A stretch of DNA of 60,993 bases, counting the filler. It is 5 parts of 5 records of this genome, joined end to end, with 100 filler letters (N's around TTAATTAATTAA, not from the genome) between each part and the next. Parts side by side here need not be neighbours in the genome. Positions count along the whole stretch, not along the records: positions 1 to 20,613 come from SRR22947725_3970; positions 20,714 to 37,869 come from SRR22947725_3975; 3 more parts are not named here. One strand, 5' to 3'. The translations under genes and the position numbers were made by a program. Positions 8,782-20,728 of this stretch are shown here, in pieces; the first letter of the stretch is position 1; the number at the start of each line of letters is the position of its first letter. The notes under the pieces were generated by a model. The model saw only the letters and a program-made list of their open reading frames with translations, was not told where the DNA came from and searched no databases.

Positions 8782-8854
8782 CGCTCCAGGTTAGTCAGGG
8801 GCGAACTTCGAGCGAGCTGGTTATCCCCACCCCAGGAAAAAACAAAAAGTTGAG

Positions 8855-8884
8855 TGGACAAATAGCCTTCACACGGTATATCGT
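8855..8884 (+). promoter_or_regulatory. Putative sigmaA promoter of rpoBC
   Basis: TGGACA (8855-8860) - N18 - TATCGT (8879-8884), about 165 nt upstream of rpoB. Confidence 0.45.
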
Positions 8885-9048
8885 TAGAGATTGCTTCCCT
8901 GACTTCCCTTATCTTCATATTGCGGTCGATAAGAGAGCCCCGAGTATAACGGCGGGGTGAACTCATTGTGCTGAGTTCCAGGCGTTGCTTCTGTCCGGTT
9001 TGGTCACCCACAATGAGGCTCTTTTGTGAGCCCTGGAGGTAATTGCTC

Positions 9049-12000
9049 TTGGCTGCTGCGCGTCCTGCATCCACCACTCCCACGAACGGCCGAGTCGCCC
9101 AGCGACTCACGTTTGCCAAAATCTCCGACACCGTCGATGTGCCCGATCTGCTTGCCTTGCAGACCGAGAGCTTCGAGTGGCTCGTCGGCGCCCCCGCATG
9201 GAAGGCAAGGGTCAAGGCAACGAAAGCTGCCGGCGAGACCGTTGTCACCGAGCGCAGTGGCCTAACAGAAATCTTCGAAGAGATTTCTCCCATCGAGGAT
9301 TCGGGCGAGACGATGCAACTGTCGTTCCAAAACCCCTACCTCGAAGACGAGAAGTACTCTCTGGACGAGTGTAAAGAGCGTGGCAAGACTTACGCAGCAC
9401 CGCTGTATGTCGAAGCTGAGTTCATGAACCACTTGACCGGTGAAATCAAAACCCAAACCGTGTTCATGGGTGACTTTCCCCTGATGACCGAAAAGGGAAC
9501 CTTCATCATCAACGGCACCGAGCGTGTTGTGGTGTCTCAGCTGGTGCGAAGCCCCGGAGTGTATTTCGACACCTCGCTTGACAAGGTGAGCGACAAAGAA
9601 ATTCACTCTGTCCGCGTGATTCCTAGCCGTGGGGCATGGTTGGAGTTTGAGGTCGACAAGCGTGACCAGGTCGGTGTGCGAATTGATCGCAAGCGCAAGC
9701 AGTCCGTCACCGTCTTCCTGAAGGCACTGGGTCTGACCTCCGAAGACATCGCGAAGCACTTCGCTGGGTTCACCTCGATCTTGGAAGCCTTGGAGAAGGA
9801 CACCATCCTTACCAAGGAAGAAGCTCTCAAAGACATCTACCGCAAGCTGCGTCCGGGCGAGCAGGTAGCTGCTGAAGCAGCACGTCTGTTGCTCGATAAC
9901 TTCTACTTCAACCCCAAGCGTTATGACCTGGCCAAGGTCGGTCGTTACAAGATCAACCGCAAGCTGGGTCTTGAGCAGCCTTTGAAGAACTCTGTTCTGA
10001 CGGTTGAGGACATTATTGCGACCATCAAGTATCTGGTGGCCCTTCACGATGGACGCACCCACATCGAAGGAACCCGCGCGGGCAAAAAAGTCGACATCCG
10101 TATTGATGTTGATGACATTGACCACTTCGGTAACCGTCGTATTCGTGCCGTGGGCGAGCTCATTCAGAATCAGGTCCGCACGGGGCTTTCCCGGATGGAG
10201 CGCGTGGTTCGCGAGCGCATGACGACTCAGGACATCGAGGCAATCACGCCGCAGACCCTGATCAACGTTCGTCCCGTCGTTGCTGCGATCAAAGAGTTCT
10301 TTGGCACAAGCCAGCTCTCGCAGTTCATGGACCAGAACAACCCGCTTTCGGGTCTGACTCACAAGCGTCGTCTCTCGGCACTGGGCCCCGGCGGTCTGAG
10401 CCGTGAGCGTGCCGGCGTGGAGGTCCGTGACGTTCACCCTTCGCACTACGGCCGCATGTGTCCCATCGAAACCCCTGAAGGCCCGAACATTGGTCTGATT
10501 GGTTCTCTCGCGTCGTTTGCGCGTATCAACGCGTTTGGGTTCATTGAGACTCCGTATCGACGCGTGTCCAAGGGCAAGGTCGGTAAGGCAATTGACTACT
10601 TGACCGCCAACGACGAGGACGAATTCGTTGTGGCGCAGGCCGGTACCCCGCTGAATGCTGACGGAACCTTCGCGGTGGACCGCGTTCTGGTCCGTAAGAA
10701 GGGTGGAGAGGTTGAACTGGTTGGCCCAGAAACGGTCGACTACGTAGATGTTTCGCCGCGTCAGATGGTTTCTGTTGCTACCTCGCTGATTCCGTTCCTC
10801 GAGCACGACGACGCGAACCGTGCCCTCATGGGTGCGAACATGCAGCGTCAAGCAGTGCCCCTGTTGCGCTCCGAGTCCCCGTTGGTGGGAACCGGCATGG
10901 AGTCCTTCGCGGCGGTTGACGCTGGCGACGTGATTACGGCCTTGGCACCCGGTGTTGTCACCGAGGTGTCTGCTGACTTCGCTGTAGTCAAGCAGGACAA
11001 GGGTGGAACGAAGACCTACATCCTGCGGAAGTTCGATCGCTCCAACCAGGGCACCAACTACAACCACCAGGTCCGCGTGAACGTGGGCGACAAGGTTGTC
11101 GAAGGCTCGGTTATTGCCGATGGCCCCGCCACCGAAGACGGCGAATTGGCATTGGGCAAGAATCTGCTCGTGGCATTCATGTCATGGGAGGGCTACAACT
11201 TCGAAGACGCGATTATCCTTTCCCAGAACCTGGTGAAGGACGACACCCTCTCTTCGATTCATATCGAAGAGTATGAGGTTGACGCCCGCGACACCAAGCT
11301 TGGCAAGGAAGAGATCACCCGCGATCTCCCCAATGTGGGACCGGAAATGCTTGCGAACTTGGACGAGCGAGGCATCATTCGTATTGGTGCCGAGGTTCGC
11401 CCCGGCGACATCCTCGTGGGTAAGGTCACCCCGAAGGGTGAGACGGAACTCAGCGCGGAAGAGCGTTTGCTCCGAGCCATCTTCAACGAGAAGAGCCGCG
11501 AGGTTCGCGACACTTCTCTGAAGGTTCCCCACGGCGAGCAGGGCACCATCATTGGTGTCAAGGTCTTTGACGCGGTCGATGGTGATGATGAACTGGGCTC
11601 TGGTGTGAACCAGCGCGTGGTTGTCTACATCGCACAGAAGCGCAAAATCTCAGAGGGTGACAAGCTTGCCGGTCGTCACGGGAACAAGGGTGTTATCGCC
11701 AGGATTCTTCCCGTCGAAGATATGCCTTTCCTGGAAGACGGCTCTCCCGTCGATATCATCTTGAACCCTTTGGGTGTCCCCGGACGAATGAACTTCGGTC
11801 AGGTTTTGGAAATCCACCTTGGGTGGGCTGCCAAGCAGGGTTGGAAAGTCAGCGGAGACCCCGCATGGGCCAAGCGTTTGGCGACGGCAGCTAAGGAAGC
11901 CCTTCCTGGCACCAAGGTTGCGACCCCGGTGTTTGATGGTGCGAGCGAAGAAGAAATCGCGGGGCTTTTGGACTCGACCCTGGTGAACCGTGACGGAAAC

Positions 12001-12537
12001 CGAATGGTTGGATCCTCAGGTAAAGCGAACCTCTTCGATGGTCGCTCTGGCGAACCCTTCCCCGCACCCGTGTCGGTGGGCTACATGTACATCTTGAAGC
12101 TTCACCACCTCATCGATGACAAGATCCACGCACGCTCCACGGGTCCCTACTCGATGATCACGCAGCAGCCTCTCGGTGGTAAAGCACAGTTTGGTGGCCA
12201 GCGCTTTGGTGAAATGGAAGTGTGGGCACTGGAGGCCTACGGTGCTTCCTACGCGCTGCAGGAACTGCTGACCATCAAGTCCGATGACATCCTGGGCCGC
12301 GTGAAGGTCTACGAAGCCATCGTCAAGGGTGAAAACATCCAGGAGCCCGGTATTCCCGAAAGCTTCAAGGTGCTGATGAAAGAGATGCAGTCGCTGTGTC
12401 TCAATGTCGAGGTTCTCTCGGCAGACGGCCAAGTCGTCTCGCTGAAGGATTCTGATGACGAGCTCTACCGCGCAGCGGAAGAACTCGGTATCAACCTTTC
12501 GACCCGCTTCGAGTCTTCGTCCGTGGACGAAATCTAA
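9049..12537 (+). CDS. rpoB: DNA-directed RNA polymerase subunit beta
   Basis: Full-length RpoB ([61 protein letters not shown]). TTG 9049 has better spacing to GGAGG than 9043. Confidence 0.99.
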   Translation: MAAARPASTTPTNGRVAQRLTFAKISDTVDVPDLLALQTESFEWLVGAPAWKARVKATKAAGETVVTERSGLTEIFEEISPIEDSGETMQLSFQNPYLEDEKYSLDECKERGKTYAAPLYVEAEFMNHLTGEIKTQTVFMGDFPLMTEKGTFIINGTERVVVSQLVRSPGVYFDTSLDKVSDKEIHSVRVIPSRGAWLEFEVDKRDQVGVRIDRKRKQSVTVFLKALGLTSEDIAKHFAGFTSILEALEKDTILTKEEALKDIYRKLRPGEQVAAEAARLLLDNFYFNPKRYDLAKVGRYKINRKLGLEQPLKNSVLTVEDIIATIKYLVALHDGRTHIEGTRAGKKVDIRIDVDDIDHFGNRRIRAVGELIQNQVRTGLSRMERVVRERMTTQDIEAITPQTLINVRPVVAAIKEFFGTSQLSQFMDQNNPLSGLTHKRRLSALGPGGLSRERAGVEVRDVHPSHYGRMCPIETPEGPNIGLIGSLASFARINAFGFIETPYRRVSKGKVGKAIDYLTANDEDEFVVAQAGTPLNADGTFAVDRVLVRKKGGEVELVGPETVDYVDVSPRQMVSVATSLIPFLEHDDANRALMGANMQRQAVPLLRSESPLVGTGMESFAAVDAGDVITALAPGVVTEVSADFAVVKQDKGGTKTYILRKFDRSNQGTNYNHQVRVNVGDKVVEGSVIADGPATEDGELALGKNLLVAFMSWEGYNFEDAIILSQNLVKDDTLSSIHIEEYEVDARDTKLGKEEITRDLPNVGPEMLANLDERGIIRIGAEVRPGDILVGKVTPKGETELSAEERLLRAIFNEKSREVRDTSLKVPHGEQGTIIGVKVFDAVDGDDELGSGVNQRVVVYIAQKRKISEGDKLAGRHGNKGVIARILPVEDMPFLEDGSPVDIILNPLGVPGRMNFGQVLEIHLGWAAKQGWKVSGDPAWAKRLATAAKEALPGTKVATPVFDGASEEEIAGLLDSTLVNRDGNRMVGSSGKANLFDGRSGEPFPAPVSVGYMYILKLHHLIDDKIHARSTGPYSMITQQPLGGKAQFGGQRFGEMEVWALEAYGASYALQELLTIKSDDILGRVKVYEAIVKGENIQEPGIPESFKVLMKEMQSLCLNVEVLSADGQVVSLKDSDDELYRAAEELGINLSTRFESSSVDEI

Positions 12538-12573
12538 GAATTCGACGACAGAAACTAACGAGAGAGATTAATC

Positions 12574-15500
12574 GTGCTGGAAGCAACAACATTTGACGCC
12601 CTGCGCATCGGCCTGGCCACTTCAGACAACATCCGTGGTTGGTCCCACGGTGAGGTCAAGAAGCCAGAAACCATCAACTACCGCACGCTCAAGCCTGAGA
12701 AGGATGGCCTCTTCGGTGAGCAGATCTTTGGACCCAGCCGTGACTGGGAGTGTGCGTGTGGAAAATACAAGCGCGTCCGCTTCAAGGGAATCGTCTGTGA
12801 GCGTTGTGGCGTTGAGGTCACCAAGTCCTCGGTGCGCCGCGAGCGCATGGGTCACATCGAGCTGGCAGCTCCCGTTACTCACATTTGGTACTTCAAGGGT
12901 GTCCCTTCCCGTCTGGGTTACCTCCTGGACATGGCACCCAAGGACCTCGAAAAGGTCATCTACTTCGCGGCCTACATGATCATCACGGTGGATGAGGATG
13001 CTCGCCACCGCGAAATGCCCGAGTTGGAAAAAGAACTCCGTCAAGAAATCAAGCAGCTGGAGAAGGAGCGCGACGCGCTCCTCGCCGACCGCATGAAGGA
13101 ACTCGAGAATGCTTTGGCAGAGCTCGAGGCTGCGAATGCCAAGGCTGACCAAAAGCGTAAGACTGATGACGCCGGTAAGAAAGAACTCGGCGCCATTCGC
13201 AAGAACTTCGACGACAGCATTGCTCACCTTGAGCGCGTGTGGGATGACTTCCGTTCGTTGAAGGTTGGCGACCTGCGCGCTGAGGACGCTGTCTTCCAGG
13301 ATCTTCAAGATCGTTATGGCATGTTCTTCACCGCCCACATGGGTGCGGAAGCAATTCGCCAGCGTTTGGAAGCTTTTGATCTCGCAGGAGAAGCAGAAAG
13401 CCTTCACGACGAAATCGCCAATGGCAAAGGCCAGCGCAAAATTCGTGCGATCAAGCGTTTGAAGGTCGTCAATGCCTTCTTGCAGACCGGTGGCTCACCT
13501 GCATCGATGGTGTTGGAGGTCGTCCCGGTAATTCCGCCAGAGCTCCGCCCCATGGTTCAGTTGGATGGTGGGCGCTTTGCGACCTCTGACCTGAACGACC
13601 TTTACCGTCGCGTGATCAACCGAAACAACCGTCTGCGCCGTCTGTTGGATCTAGGTGCACCAGAGATCATTGTCAACAACGAAAAGCGGATGCTCCAGGA
13701 AGCTGTGGATGCGCTCTTTGATAACGGCCGTCGTGGACGTCCGGTTACGGGAACGGGAAACCGCCCGCTCAAGAGCCTCTCCGACATGCTCAAGGGTAAG
13801 CAGGGTCGTTTCCGTCAGAACCTGCTCGGTAAGCGCGTGGACTACTCCGGACGTTCCGTTATCGTGGTCGGCCCTCAGCTGAGACTGCACCAGTGTGGTC
13901 TCCCCAAGATCATGGCACTCGAGCTCTTCAAGCCTTTCGTGATCAAGCGCCTGATGGATCTGGGTCACTCCAGCAACATTAAGAACGCGAAGCGTATGGT
14001 CGAGCGTTCACGCCCCGAGGTGTGGGATGTGCTGGAAGAAATCATTCGCGAGCGCCCGGTGTTGCTCAACCGTGCACCGACGCTTCACCGTTTGGGAATC
14101 CAGGCCTTTGAGCCACAACTGGTGGAAGGTAAAGCGATTCAGCTTCACCCTCTCGTTTGTGCTGCCTTCAACGCGGATTTCGATGGCGACCAAATGGCCG
14201 TTCACGTTCCTCTCTCCGTCGAGGCGCAGGCCGAAGCCCGCATTTTGATGCTGGCTTCGAACAACATCTTGAAGCCCTCTGATGGCCGCCCGGTCACCGT
14301 CCCCACCCAGGACATGATCATCGGCCTGCACCACCTCACCACGGTGAAGGCTGGTGCGGAAGGCGAAGGCCGCGCGTTTAGCTCGGTTTCGGAAGCCATC
14401 ATGGCCATGGATCAGCACACGTTGAGCCTGAACGCCAAGGTGAAGATTCGCATTACGGGCCTTCACTTGCCTGATGCCCCCAAGGGCTTTGTCCAGGGCA
14501 GCACTGCCATTCATGACACCACTCTCGGGAGCGCGCTCTTCAATGAGGCGTTGCCTGCGGATTACCCTTGGGTGTCCGGAGTTGCAGACAAGGGTTTGAT
14601 TTCTTCCCTGGTCAACGACTTGGCTGAGCGCTACCCCAAGGTTGCCGTTGCCGAAACCCTGGACCGTGTCAAGGATGCAGGTTTCTACTGGGCTACGCGC
14701 TCGGGTGTGACCGTGGCGCTGAGTGATGTCTTGACCCCCAAGGGCAAGAAAGCCATCATCGCCAAGTACGAGAAGTTGGCCGCCAAGATTCAGACCCAGT
14801 TCGAAAAGGGACTCATTTCTGACGTCGAGCGTCGCCGTGAGCTGGTCGAGGTGTGGAGTGCCGCCACGAAGGAAGTCAACGACGAAATGCGCGCTGCCTT
14901 CCCGGAGGACAACACCATCAACCGCATGGTCACCTCCGGCGCCCGTGGTAACTGGTTGCAGGTCGGAAACATCGCCGGTATGCGTGGATTGGTCTCCAAC
15001 CCCCGCGGTGAAGTTATCGCCCGCCCGATTATCTCCAGCTACCGCGAAGGCCTCTCGGTAGCCGAATACTTTATCGCCACCCACGGTGCGCGTAAAGGTT
15101 TGGCTGACACGGCCCTTCGTACCGCTGACTCGGGATACCTCACCCGTCGTCTGGTCGATGTGGCACAGGACGTCATCATCCGTGAAGACAACTGTGGCAC
15201 CAGCAAGGGAATTATTTTCCCCATCGCGACCAAGAACGCCGAGGGTGAATGGGTTCGCGCCGAAAACGTCGAGAACGAGGTGTATGCCCGTAACTTGGCC
15301 ACTGATGCGACCACCGAAAAAGGCAAGGTTGTTGCGGAAGCAGGATCCGATGTTGGTGACGTCTTGATCAACGCCCTGGTTGCCGGTGGTGTGCGTGAAA
15401 TCACGGTTCGCTCCGTCCTGGTGTGTGAGTCACTCCGCGGTGTGTGTGCTGCCTGTTACGGTCGCTCACTTGCCTCGGGTATCGCCGTCGACCTCGGGGA

Positions 15501-16458
15501 AGCAGTGGGAATTATCGCCGCTCAGTCGATTGGTGAACCCGGTACCCAGCTGACAATGCGCACCTTCCACACGGGTGGATCTGCTTCGGCAGATGACATC
15601 ACCCAGGGTCTACCCCGGGTCACCGAGCTCTTCGAGGCTCGTAACCCCAAGGGTTCTAGCCCCATTGCGGAAGCTAACGGTCGCATCTCGATTGAGGAAA
15701 CGGACACTCAGTACAAGATCACGATGACTCCGGATAACGGTGATGAGCCTGTTCTCCACACCGTGTCCAAGCGCATGAGCATGCTCGTGGAAGATGGTCA
15801 AAGCATTCAGCTGGGCCAGCAGTACCACGAAGGCCCGCTTGATCCGAAGGAAGTGCTTCGCGTCAAGGGTGTGCGTGCGGTCCAGGAACACTTGGTCGAT
15901 GGTGTGCAGGGCGTGTATGGCTCACAGGGTGTGCCCATCCACGACAAGCACATCGAGGTTATCGTGCGCCAGATGATGCGCAAGGTGACCGTGGTTGACC
16001 ACGCAGAAACCACTTTGTTGCCTGGTGAACTCGTTGACCGTACCCGGTATAACTCGATCAACCGCGAAGCACTCGGGGAAGGCCGTAAGACGGCCTCCGC
16101 GCGTCAGGAAGTCATGGGTATCACCAAGGCATCACTGGCGACAGAGTCCTGGCTCTCGGCGGCCTCCTTCCAGGAGACCACTCGGGTGTTGACCGAAGCT
16201 GCCATGCAAGGAAAGAGCGATCCACTTGTCGGTCTCAAAGAGAACGTCATCATCGGAAAGCTCATCCCCGCAGGTACCGGTCTTGCCACCTACCGCGACG
16301 TCACCGTCGAGCCCACCGAGGAGGCACGCGCCGAGCACTACCCCGCACGCCTGTATGCCAGCGACCAGGATTTTGGCTCTGGGGACGACTTGTCTTTCGT
16401 GGACTTCGAGTCCTTCGCCGAACCTGACGATGCAAAAAAGGGTGCTGACGCAGAGTAG
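12574..16458 (+). CDS. rpoC: DNA-directed RNA polymerase subunit beta'
   Basis: NADFDGD catalytic motif, both Zn sites, and the actinobacterial N-terminal coiled-coil insert. Confidence 0.99.
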   Translation: MLEATTFDALRIGLATSDNIRGWSHGEVKKPETINYRTLKPEKDGLFGEQIFGPSRDWECACGKYKRVRFKGIVCERCGVEVTKSSVRRERMGHIELAAPVTHIWYFKGVPSRLGYLLDMAPKDLEKVIYFAAYMIITVDEDARHREMPELEKELRQEIKQLEKERDALLADRMKELENALAELEAANAKADQKRKTDDAGKKELGAIRKNFDDSIAHLERVWDDFRSLKVGDLRAEDAVFQDLQDRYGMFFTAHMGAEAIRQRLEAFDLAGEAESLHDEIANGKGQRKIRAIKRLKVVNAFLQTGGSPASMVLEVVPVIPPELRPMVQLDGGRFATSDLNDLYRRVINRNNRLRRLLDLGAPEIIVNNEKRMLQEAVDALFDNGRRGRPVTGTGNRPLKSLSDMLKGKQGRFRQNLLGKRVDYSGRSVIVVGPQLRLHQCGLPKIMALELFKPFVIKRLMDLGHSSNIKNAKRMVERSRPEVWDVLEEIIRERPVLLNRAPTLHRLGIQAFEPQLVEGKAIQLHPLVCAAFNADFDGDQMAVHVPLSVEAQAEARILMLASNNILKPSDGRPVTVPTQDMIIGLHHLTTVKAGAEGEGRAFSSVSEAIMAMDQHTLSLNAKVKIRITGLHLPDAPKGFVQGSTAIHDTTLGSALFNEALPADYPWVSGVADKGLISSLVNDLAERYPKVAVAETLDRVKDAGFYWATRSGVTVALSDVLTPKGKKAIIAKYEKLAAKIQTQFEKGLISDVERRRELVEVWSAATKEVNDEMRAAFPEDNTINRMVTSGARGNWLQVGNIAGMRGLVSNPRGEVIARPIISSYREGLSVAEYFIATHGARKGLADTALRTADSGYLTRRLVDVAQDVIIREDNCGTSKGIIFPIATKNAEGEWVRAENVENEVYARNLATDATTEKGKVVAEAGSDVGDVLINALVAGGVREITVRSVLVCESLRGVCAACYGRSLASGIAVDLGEAVGIIAAQSIGEPGTQLTMRTFHTGGSASADDITQGLPRVTELFEARNPKGSSPIAEANGRISIEETDTQYKITMTPDNGDEPVLHTVSKRMSMLVEDGQSIQLGQQYHEGPLDPKEVLRVKGVRAVQEHLVDGVQGVYGSQGVPIHDKHIEVIVRQMMRKVTVVDHAETTLLPGELVDRTRYNSINREALGEGRKTASARQEVMGITKASLATESWLSAASFQETTRVLTEAAMQGKSDPLVGLKENVIIGKLIPAGTGLATYRDVTVEPTEEARAEHYPARLYASDQDFGSGDDLSFVDFESFAEPDDAKKGADAE

Positions 16459-16470
16459 ACATTTCACACC

Positions 16471-16505
16471 ACGAAAGGGCCGGCATTGCTGGCCCTTTCG
16501 TTATT
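16471..16505 (+). terminator. Intrinsic terminator after rpoC
   Basis: ACGAAAGGGCCGGCA-t-TGCTGGCCCTTTCGT stem followed by TATT, 12 nt after the stop codon. Confidence 0.75.
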
Positions 16506-16553
16506 CTGGGGACAACTTTCCCCGAGAAATCTGAAGCTTTCTAGCCTGGGGTG

Positions 16554-17024
16554 ATGCCCTTGCTCGCGCTCCTGGCCCTTCACGTCATCGTTGCTGCCTG
16601 GGGGATTCGACTCGCTGCAATTGATGCCGCCTATCACCGGCTGCCCGATCGTTTGACCGGGTCCCTCGCCATTGTTCTCGTCGTGTGGGCTGTGGTGTGG
16701 GGTGAGAGACCGTTGCTTATGGAAGCGTTGCAGGATTCAGCGCTCACCACTGCGGCCTACGCGCTGTGCGCTGTCCTCCCCGCCAAACCGCTGGGCTGGG
16801 GAGATGTGAAGCTTCAGGCAAGCCTCGGGTTCTACACCTCATTGGTGTTCCCAGGGGGAGGCCTCATTCAGGCATCTCTTGCCTTTGTTTTGGGCGGAAT
16901 GGGGGCTGGATGGCTACTCGTGCGGGGGAAGATTCGTGCGGATGAGGGCGTAGCCTTTGGACCTTTCATGGTGGCGGCGGCTTTTGTCACCATCGCGGCT
17001 GCAGAAAGTCTAAAAATCATTTGA
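16554..17024 (+). CDS. Prepilin peptidase (A24 family, short form)
   Basis: AAID..HRLPD and GWGDVKL catalytic aspartate motifs, AFGPFM, several TM segments. ATG follows TAGCCT-N6. Confidence 0.85.
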   Translation: MPLLALLALHVIVAAWGIRLAAIDAAYHRLPDRLTGSLAIVLVVWAVVWGERPLLMEALQDSALTTAAYALCAVLPAKPLGWGDVKLQASLGFYTSLVFPGGGLIQASLAFVLGGMGAGWLLVRGKIRADEGVAFGPFMVAAAFVTIAAAESLKII

Positions 17025-17049
17025 CCGCAGGCCCAAACGCCATTACTGT
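17021..17049 (+). promoter_or_regulatory. sigmaA promoter of the str operon
   Basis: TTGACC (17021-17026) - 17 nt - TACTGT (17044-17049). The -35 box overlaps the stop codon of the upstream gene. Confidence 0.7.
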
Positions 17050-17055
17050 TGGAGT

Positions 17056-17305
17056 TTGTGTGCGCGATGGCACGTCCGTTTTTTGCGCCCGGTTCCGGGC
17101 GGACAAGACACGGGTCATCAACTCCACAACATTGGGTCCAGCGGTGAGTGCAGTGGCAACACAGCACCACCAACCCCCACGGCATACCAAGTGTTAGTCG
17201 CCTGGCGCATCTTGGTGAAGATGTCGCTAGGTGTTGGACAAAAACCACCACCTAGTAACCACCATCAATGAGCTGTCACCGTGCAGCACCAATAAGGAGT
17301 GAACT
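17056..17305 (+). promoter_or_regulatory. Long structured 5' leader of rpsL (candidate ribosomal leader)
   Basis: About 250 nt between the promoter and the GTG start. Contains the hairpins GCCCGG-tt-CCGGGC and CCTGGCG-CATCTT-ggtg-AAGATG-t-CGCTAGG (17201-17231). Confidence 0.4.
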
Positions 17306-17680
17306 GTGCCAACGATTCAACAGTTGGTCCGTAAGGGACGCAAGCCCAAGGTTTCTAAGACCAAGACGCCTGCCCTGAAGGCCAATCCCCAACAGCGCGG
17401 CGTCTGCACGCGTGTGTACACCACGACACCCAAGAAGCCGAACTCGGCTTTGCGGAAGGTTGCTCGTGTGAAGCTTTCCAATGGTACGGAAGTTACCGCC
17501 TACATCCCCGGCGAGGGCCACAACCTCCAGGAGCACTCCATGGTGCTGGTTCGTGGTGGTCGTGTGAAAGACCTCCCCGGTGTTCGATACAAAATTGTCC
17601 GCGGCGCGCTGGATACTCAGGCCGTCAAGAACCGTAAGCAGGCTCGTAGCCTCTACGGCGCAAAGATGGAGAAGAAGTAA
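17306..17680 (+). CDS. rpsL: 30S ribosomal protein S12
   Basis: [44 protein letters not shown]. Confidence 0.99.
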   Translation: MPTIQQLVRKGRKPKVSKTKTPALKANPQQRGVCTRVYTTTPKKPNSALRKVARVKLSNGTEVTAYIPGEGHNLQEHSMVLVRGGRVKDLPGVRYKIVRGALDTQAVKNRKQARSLYGAKMEKK

Positions 17681-18150
17681 TGCCACGTAAAGGTCCCGCT
17701 CCTAAGCGCCCCGTCGTCGCCGATCCCGTATACGGATCCCCCGTCGTGTCCCAGCTGGTCAACAAGATTCTTGTTGGCGGCAAAAAGGGTCTCGCCGAGC
17801 GCATCGTCTATGGCGCGCTCGAAGGCGTCAACACCAAAAGTGGCCAAGACCCCGTTGTCGCCCTGAAAAAGGCTCTGGACAACGTGCGTCCCACCTTGGA
17901 AGTTCGGTCACGTCGCGTGGGTGGCTCCACCTACCAGGTGCCCGTTGAGGTCAAGCCGCACCGTGCTAACACCCTCGCTTTGCGTTGGCTTTCCAGCTAC
18001 GCGAAGGACCGTCGTGAAAAGACGATGACCGAGCGTTTGACGAATGAAATCTTGGATGCTTCCAATGGCCTCGGTGCCGCGGTGAAGCGCCGTGAAGACA
18101 CCCACAAGATGGCAGAAGCCAACAAGGCTTTCGCTCACTACCGCTGGTAG
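17680..18150 (+). CDS. rpsG: 30S ribosomal protein S7
   Basis: [34 protein letters not shown]. Confidence 0.99.
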   Translation: MPRKGPAPKRPVVADPVYGSPVVSQLVNKILVGGKKGLAERIVYGALEGVNTKSGQDPVVALKKALDNVRPTLEVRSRRVGGSTYQVPVEVKPHRANTLALRWLSSYAKDRREKTMTERLTNEILDASNGLGAAVKRREDTHKMAEANKAFAHYRW

Positions 18151-18189
18151 ACCAATACATCCCCTAACCCCCAAACTCGGAGGAACACT

Positions 18190-20304
18190 GTGGCACAGGA
18201 CGTGCTAACCGACCTGAACAAGGTCCGCAACATCGGCATCATGGCCCACATCGATGCGGGAAAGACCACGACTACAGAGCGCATTCTGTTTTACACGGGT
18301 ATTTCCCACAAAATTGGTGAGGTCCACGATGGCGCAGCCACAATGGACTGGATGGCACAAGAGCAAGAGCGCGGCATCACCATCACCTCTGCGGCGACGA
18401 CGTGTTTCTGGGATAACCACCAGATCAACATCATCGATACCCCAGGCCACGTGGACTTCACCGTCGAGGTGGAGCGCAGCCTTCGCGTTCTCGATGGTGC
18501 CGTTGCGGTGTTTGACGGCAAAGAGGGTGTGGAGCCACAGTCGGAAACAGTGTGGCGTCAGGCTGACAAGTACAACGTTCCTCGCATTTGCTTTGTGAAC
18601 AAGATGGACAAGCTCGGTGCAGATTTTTACTACACGGTTGACACGATCATCAAGCGCCTTGGTGCGAAGCCTTTGGTCATTCAGTTGCCTATTGGTTTTG
18701 AAAGCACTTTCACAGGCGTCGTTGACTTAGTCGAGATGAACTCCATGGTGTGGCCTGGTGACTCCAAGGGTGATGTGACCTTGGGTGCTGAGTACGAAAC
18801 CCAGCCCATCCCTGCGGACTTGCAAGCAAAAGCCGAAGAGTACCGCGCAGCGTTGGTTGAAGCCGTCGCTGAATCCAGTGATGAACTTCTGGAGAAGTTC
18901 CTCGCGGGTGAAGAGATCTCGATTCCCGAGCTCAAAGCAGGAATTCGTTCGATGACCATCGCTGGCGACGCGTACCCCGTGTTGTGTGGCTCGTCCTTCA
19001 AGAACCGTGGCGTGCAGCCCATGCTCGACGCCGTTGTTGACTACCTTCCTTCGCCTCTGGATGTTCCAGCAGTCGAGGGTCACGATGTCCGTGACGCAGA
19101 GAAGATTGTTCTTCGCAAGCCAGAATCTGGCGAGCCCTTCTCGGCACTAGCGTTCAAGGTTGCGGTTCACCCTTTCTTTGGTCGCCTCACCTACATTCGC
19201 GTCTACTCCGGTGGTATCGACTCTGGTGCACAGGTGATTAACTCCACCAAGGACAAGAAGGAGCGCATCGGAAAAATCTTCCAGATGCACGCCAACAAGG
19301 AAAACCCCGTCGAAAAGGTGTCCGCAGGACACATTTACGCCGTGATTGGTTTGAAGGACACCACTACCGGTGACACCCTGTGTGATCCCGGTAGCCCCGT
19401 GGTTCTGGAATCTATGACCTTCCCAGAGCCTGTTATCGAGGTCGCGATTGAGCCCAAGACCAAGGCTGACCAGGAGAAGCTCTCCTTGGCCATCCAGAAG
19501 CTGGCTGAAGAAGACCCCACTTTCCGCACTGAGCAGAACGTGGAAACAGGCCAGACCGTCATCAAGGGCATGGGTGAGCTTCACCTCGACATCTTGGTCG
19601 ACCGGATGAAGCGTGAATTCAATGTAGAAGCCAATGTCGGTAAGCCCCAGGTTGCCTACCGCGAGACGATCCGTAAGACAATCGACAAGATTGATTACAC
19701 CCACAAGAAGCAAACGGGTGGAAGCGGACAGTTCGCCAAGGTACAGATTTCGCTCGAGCCTCTTGAGGTGACGGGTGAAACCATGTACGAATTCGATAAC
19801 AAAGTTACCGGTGGACGTATCCCTAGGGAATACATTCCTTCCGTGGATGCAGGAATTCAGGACGCCATGCAGGTGGGCGTTCTGGCGGGCTACCCAACCG
19901 TGGGTGTCAAAGCGACACTCCTGGATGGGCAGTTCCACGACGTCGACTCTTCGGAGATGGCGTTCAAAATCGCTGGATCGATGGTCTTTAAAGAGGCCGC
20001 GAGAAAAGCACAACCTGTCTTGCTCGAGCCGTTGATGGCCGTCGAGGTGCGTACCCCTGAGGAATACATGGGGGACGTCATCGGTGACCTAAACTCTAGG
20101 CGCGGGCAAATACAGAGCATGGAGGACGCAACGGGCGTAAAAGTCATTAGCGCACTCGTGCCACTCTCGGAGATGTTTGGATATGTGGGTGACTTGAGGT
20201 CGAAGACTTCCGGTCGCGCAATGTATTCGATGACTTTCGAGACGTACGCTGAAGTCCCGAAGGCTGTGGCCGACGAGATTATTCAGAAGGGCAAGGGCGA
20301 CTAA
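18190..20304 (+). CDS. fusA: Elongation factor G
   Basis: [19 protein letters not shown] and NKMD GTPase motifs. Full length. Confidence 0.99.
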   Translation: MAQDVLTDLNKVRNIGIMAHIDAGKTTTTERILFYTGISHKIGEVHDGAATMDWMAQEQERGITITSAATTCFWDNHQINIIDTPGHVDFTVEVERSLRVLDGAVAVFDGKEGVEPQSETVWRQADKYNVPRICFVNKMDKLGADFYYTVDTIIKRLGAKPLVIQLPIGFESTFTGVVDLVEMNSMVWPGDSKGDVTLGAEYETQPIPADLQAKAEEYRAALVEAVAESSDELLEKFLAGEEISIPELKAGIRSMTIAGDAYPVLCGSSFKNRGVQPMLDAVVDYLPSPLDVPAVEGHDVRDAEKIVLRKPESGEPFSALAFKVAVHPFFGRLTYIRVYSGGIDSGAQVINSTKDKKERIGKIFQMHANKENPVEKVSAGHIYAVIGLKDTTTGDTLCDPGSPVVLESMTFPEPVIEVAIEPKTKADQEKLSLAIQKLAEEDPTFRTEQNVETGQTVIKGMGELHLDILVDRMKREFNVEANVGKPQVAYRETIRKTIDKIDYTHKKQTGGSGQFAKVQISLEPLEVTGETMYEFDNKVTGGRIPREYIPSVDAGIQDAMQVGVLAGYPTVGVKATLLDGQFHDVDSSEMAFKIAGSMVFKEAARKAQPVLLEPLMAVEVRTPEEYMGDVIGDLNSRRGQIQSMEDATGVKVISALVPLSEMFGYVGDLRSKTSGRAMYSMTFETYAEVPKAVADEIIQKGKGD

Positions 20305-20352
20305 GCCCGAAGAATAGGCTCGCAAGGCCTACAACAAGACAAGTAACCAAGT

Positions 20353-20374
20353 GTCTGACCTGCAAGGGTCAGAC
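20353..20374 (+). other. GNRA-tetraloop hairpin between fusA and tuf
   Basis: GTCTGACCT-GCAA-GGGTCAGAC with no U-tract, so more likely an mRNA stabilising or processing structure than a terminator. Confidence 0.45.
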
Positions 20375-20397
20375 CAACAGTCCCGAGGAGGACCATA

Positions 20398-20613
20398 GTG
20401 GCTAAGGCCAAGTTCGAGCGGACCAAACCGCACGTCAATATCGGTACGATCGGTCACGTCGACCACGGCAAGACCACTCTTACCGCTGCTATTTCCAAGG
20501 TGCTCGCAGATCGCCACCCTTCAGCTGTCAACGTGATGCGTGACTTCGCATCCATTGACTCTGCTCCTGAAGAGCGTCAGCGCGGTATCACCATCAACAT
20601 CTCCCACGTGGAG
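20398..20613 (+). CDS. tuf: Elongation factor Tu, N-terminal fragment (truncated by the fragment end)
   Basis: [32 protein letters not shown]. Confidence 0.98.
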
Positions 20614-20713
20614 NNNNNNNNNNNNNNNNNNNNNNNNNNNNNNNNNNNNNNNNNNNNTTAATTAATTAANNNNNNNNNNNNNNNNNNNNNNNNNNNNNNN
20701 NNNNNNNNNNNNN
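20614..20713. other. Artificial contig spacer
   Basis: 44 N + TTAATTAATTAA (stops in all six frames) + 44 N. Confidence 0.98.
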
Positions 20714-20728
20714 GTCCATTGCATGCAG

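Noticed and set aside
10300..10400. Possible rifampicin-resistance substitutions in rpoB (and streptomycin resistance in rpsL)
   Set aside because: The RRDR reads [25 protein letters not shown], and S12 keeps both lysines (PKKPNS, RVKDLP), i.e. the usual sensitive-type residues.
9262..11067. 601-aa antisense ORF inside rpoB, plus similar long antisense ORFs in rpoC (12622-13407, 14008-15084) and fusA (19147-20013)
   Set aside because: These are shadow frames caused by the codon bias of highly expressed GC-rich genes. They have no recognisable motifs and fully overlap essential genes.
20658..20669. TTAATTAATTAA palindrome repeated four times in the window
   Set aside because: It is a synthetic six-frame stop linker within N padding, not biological.
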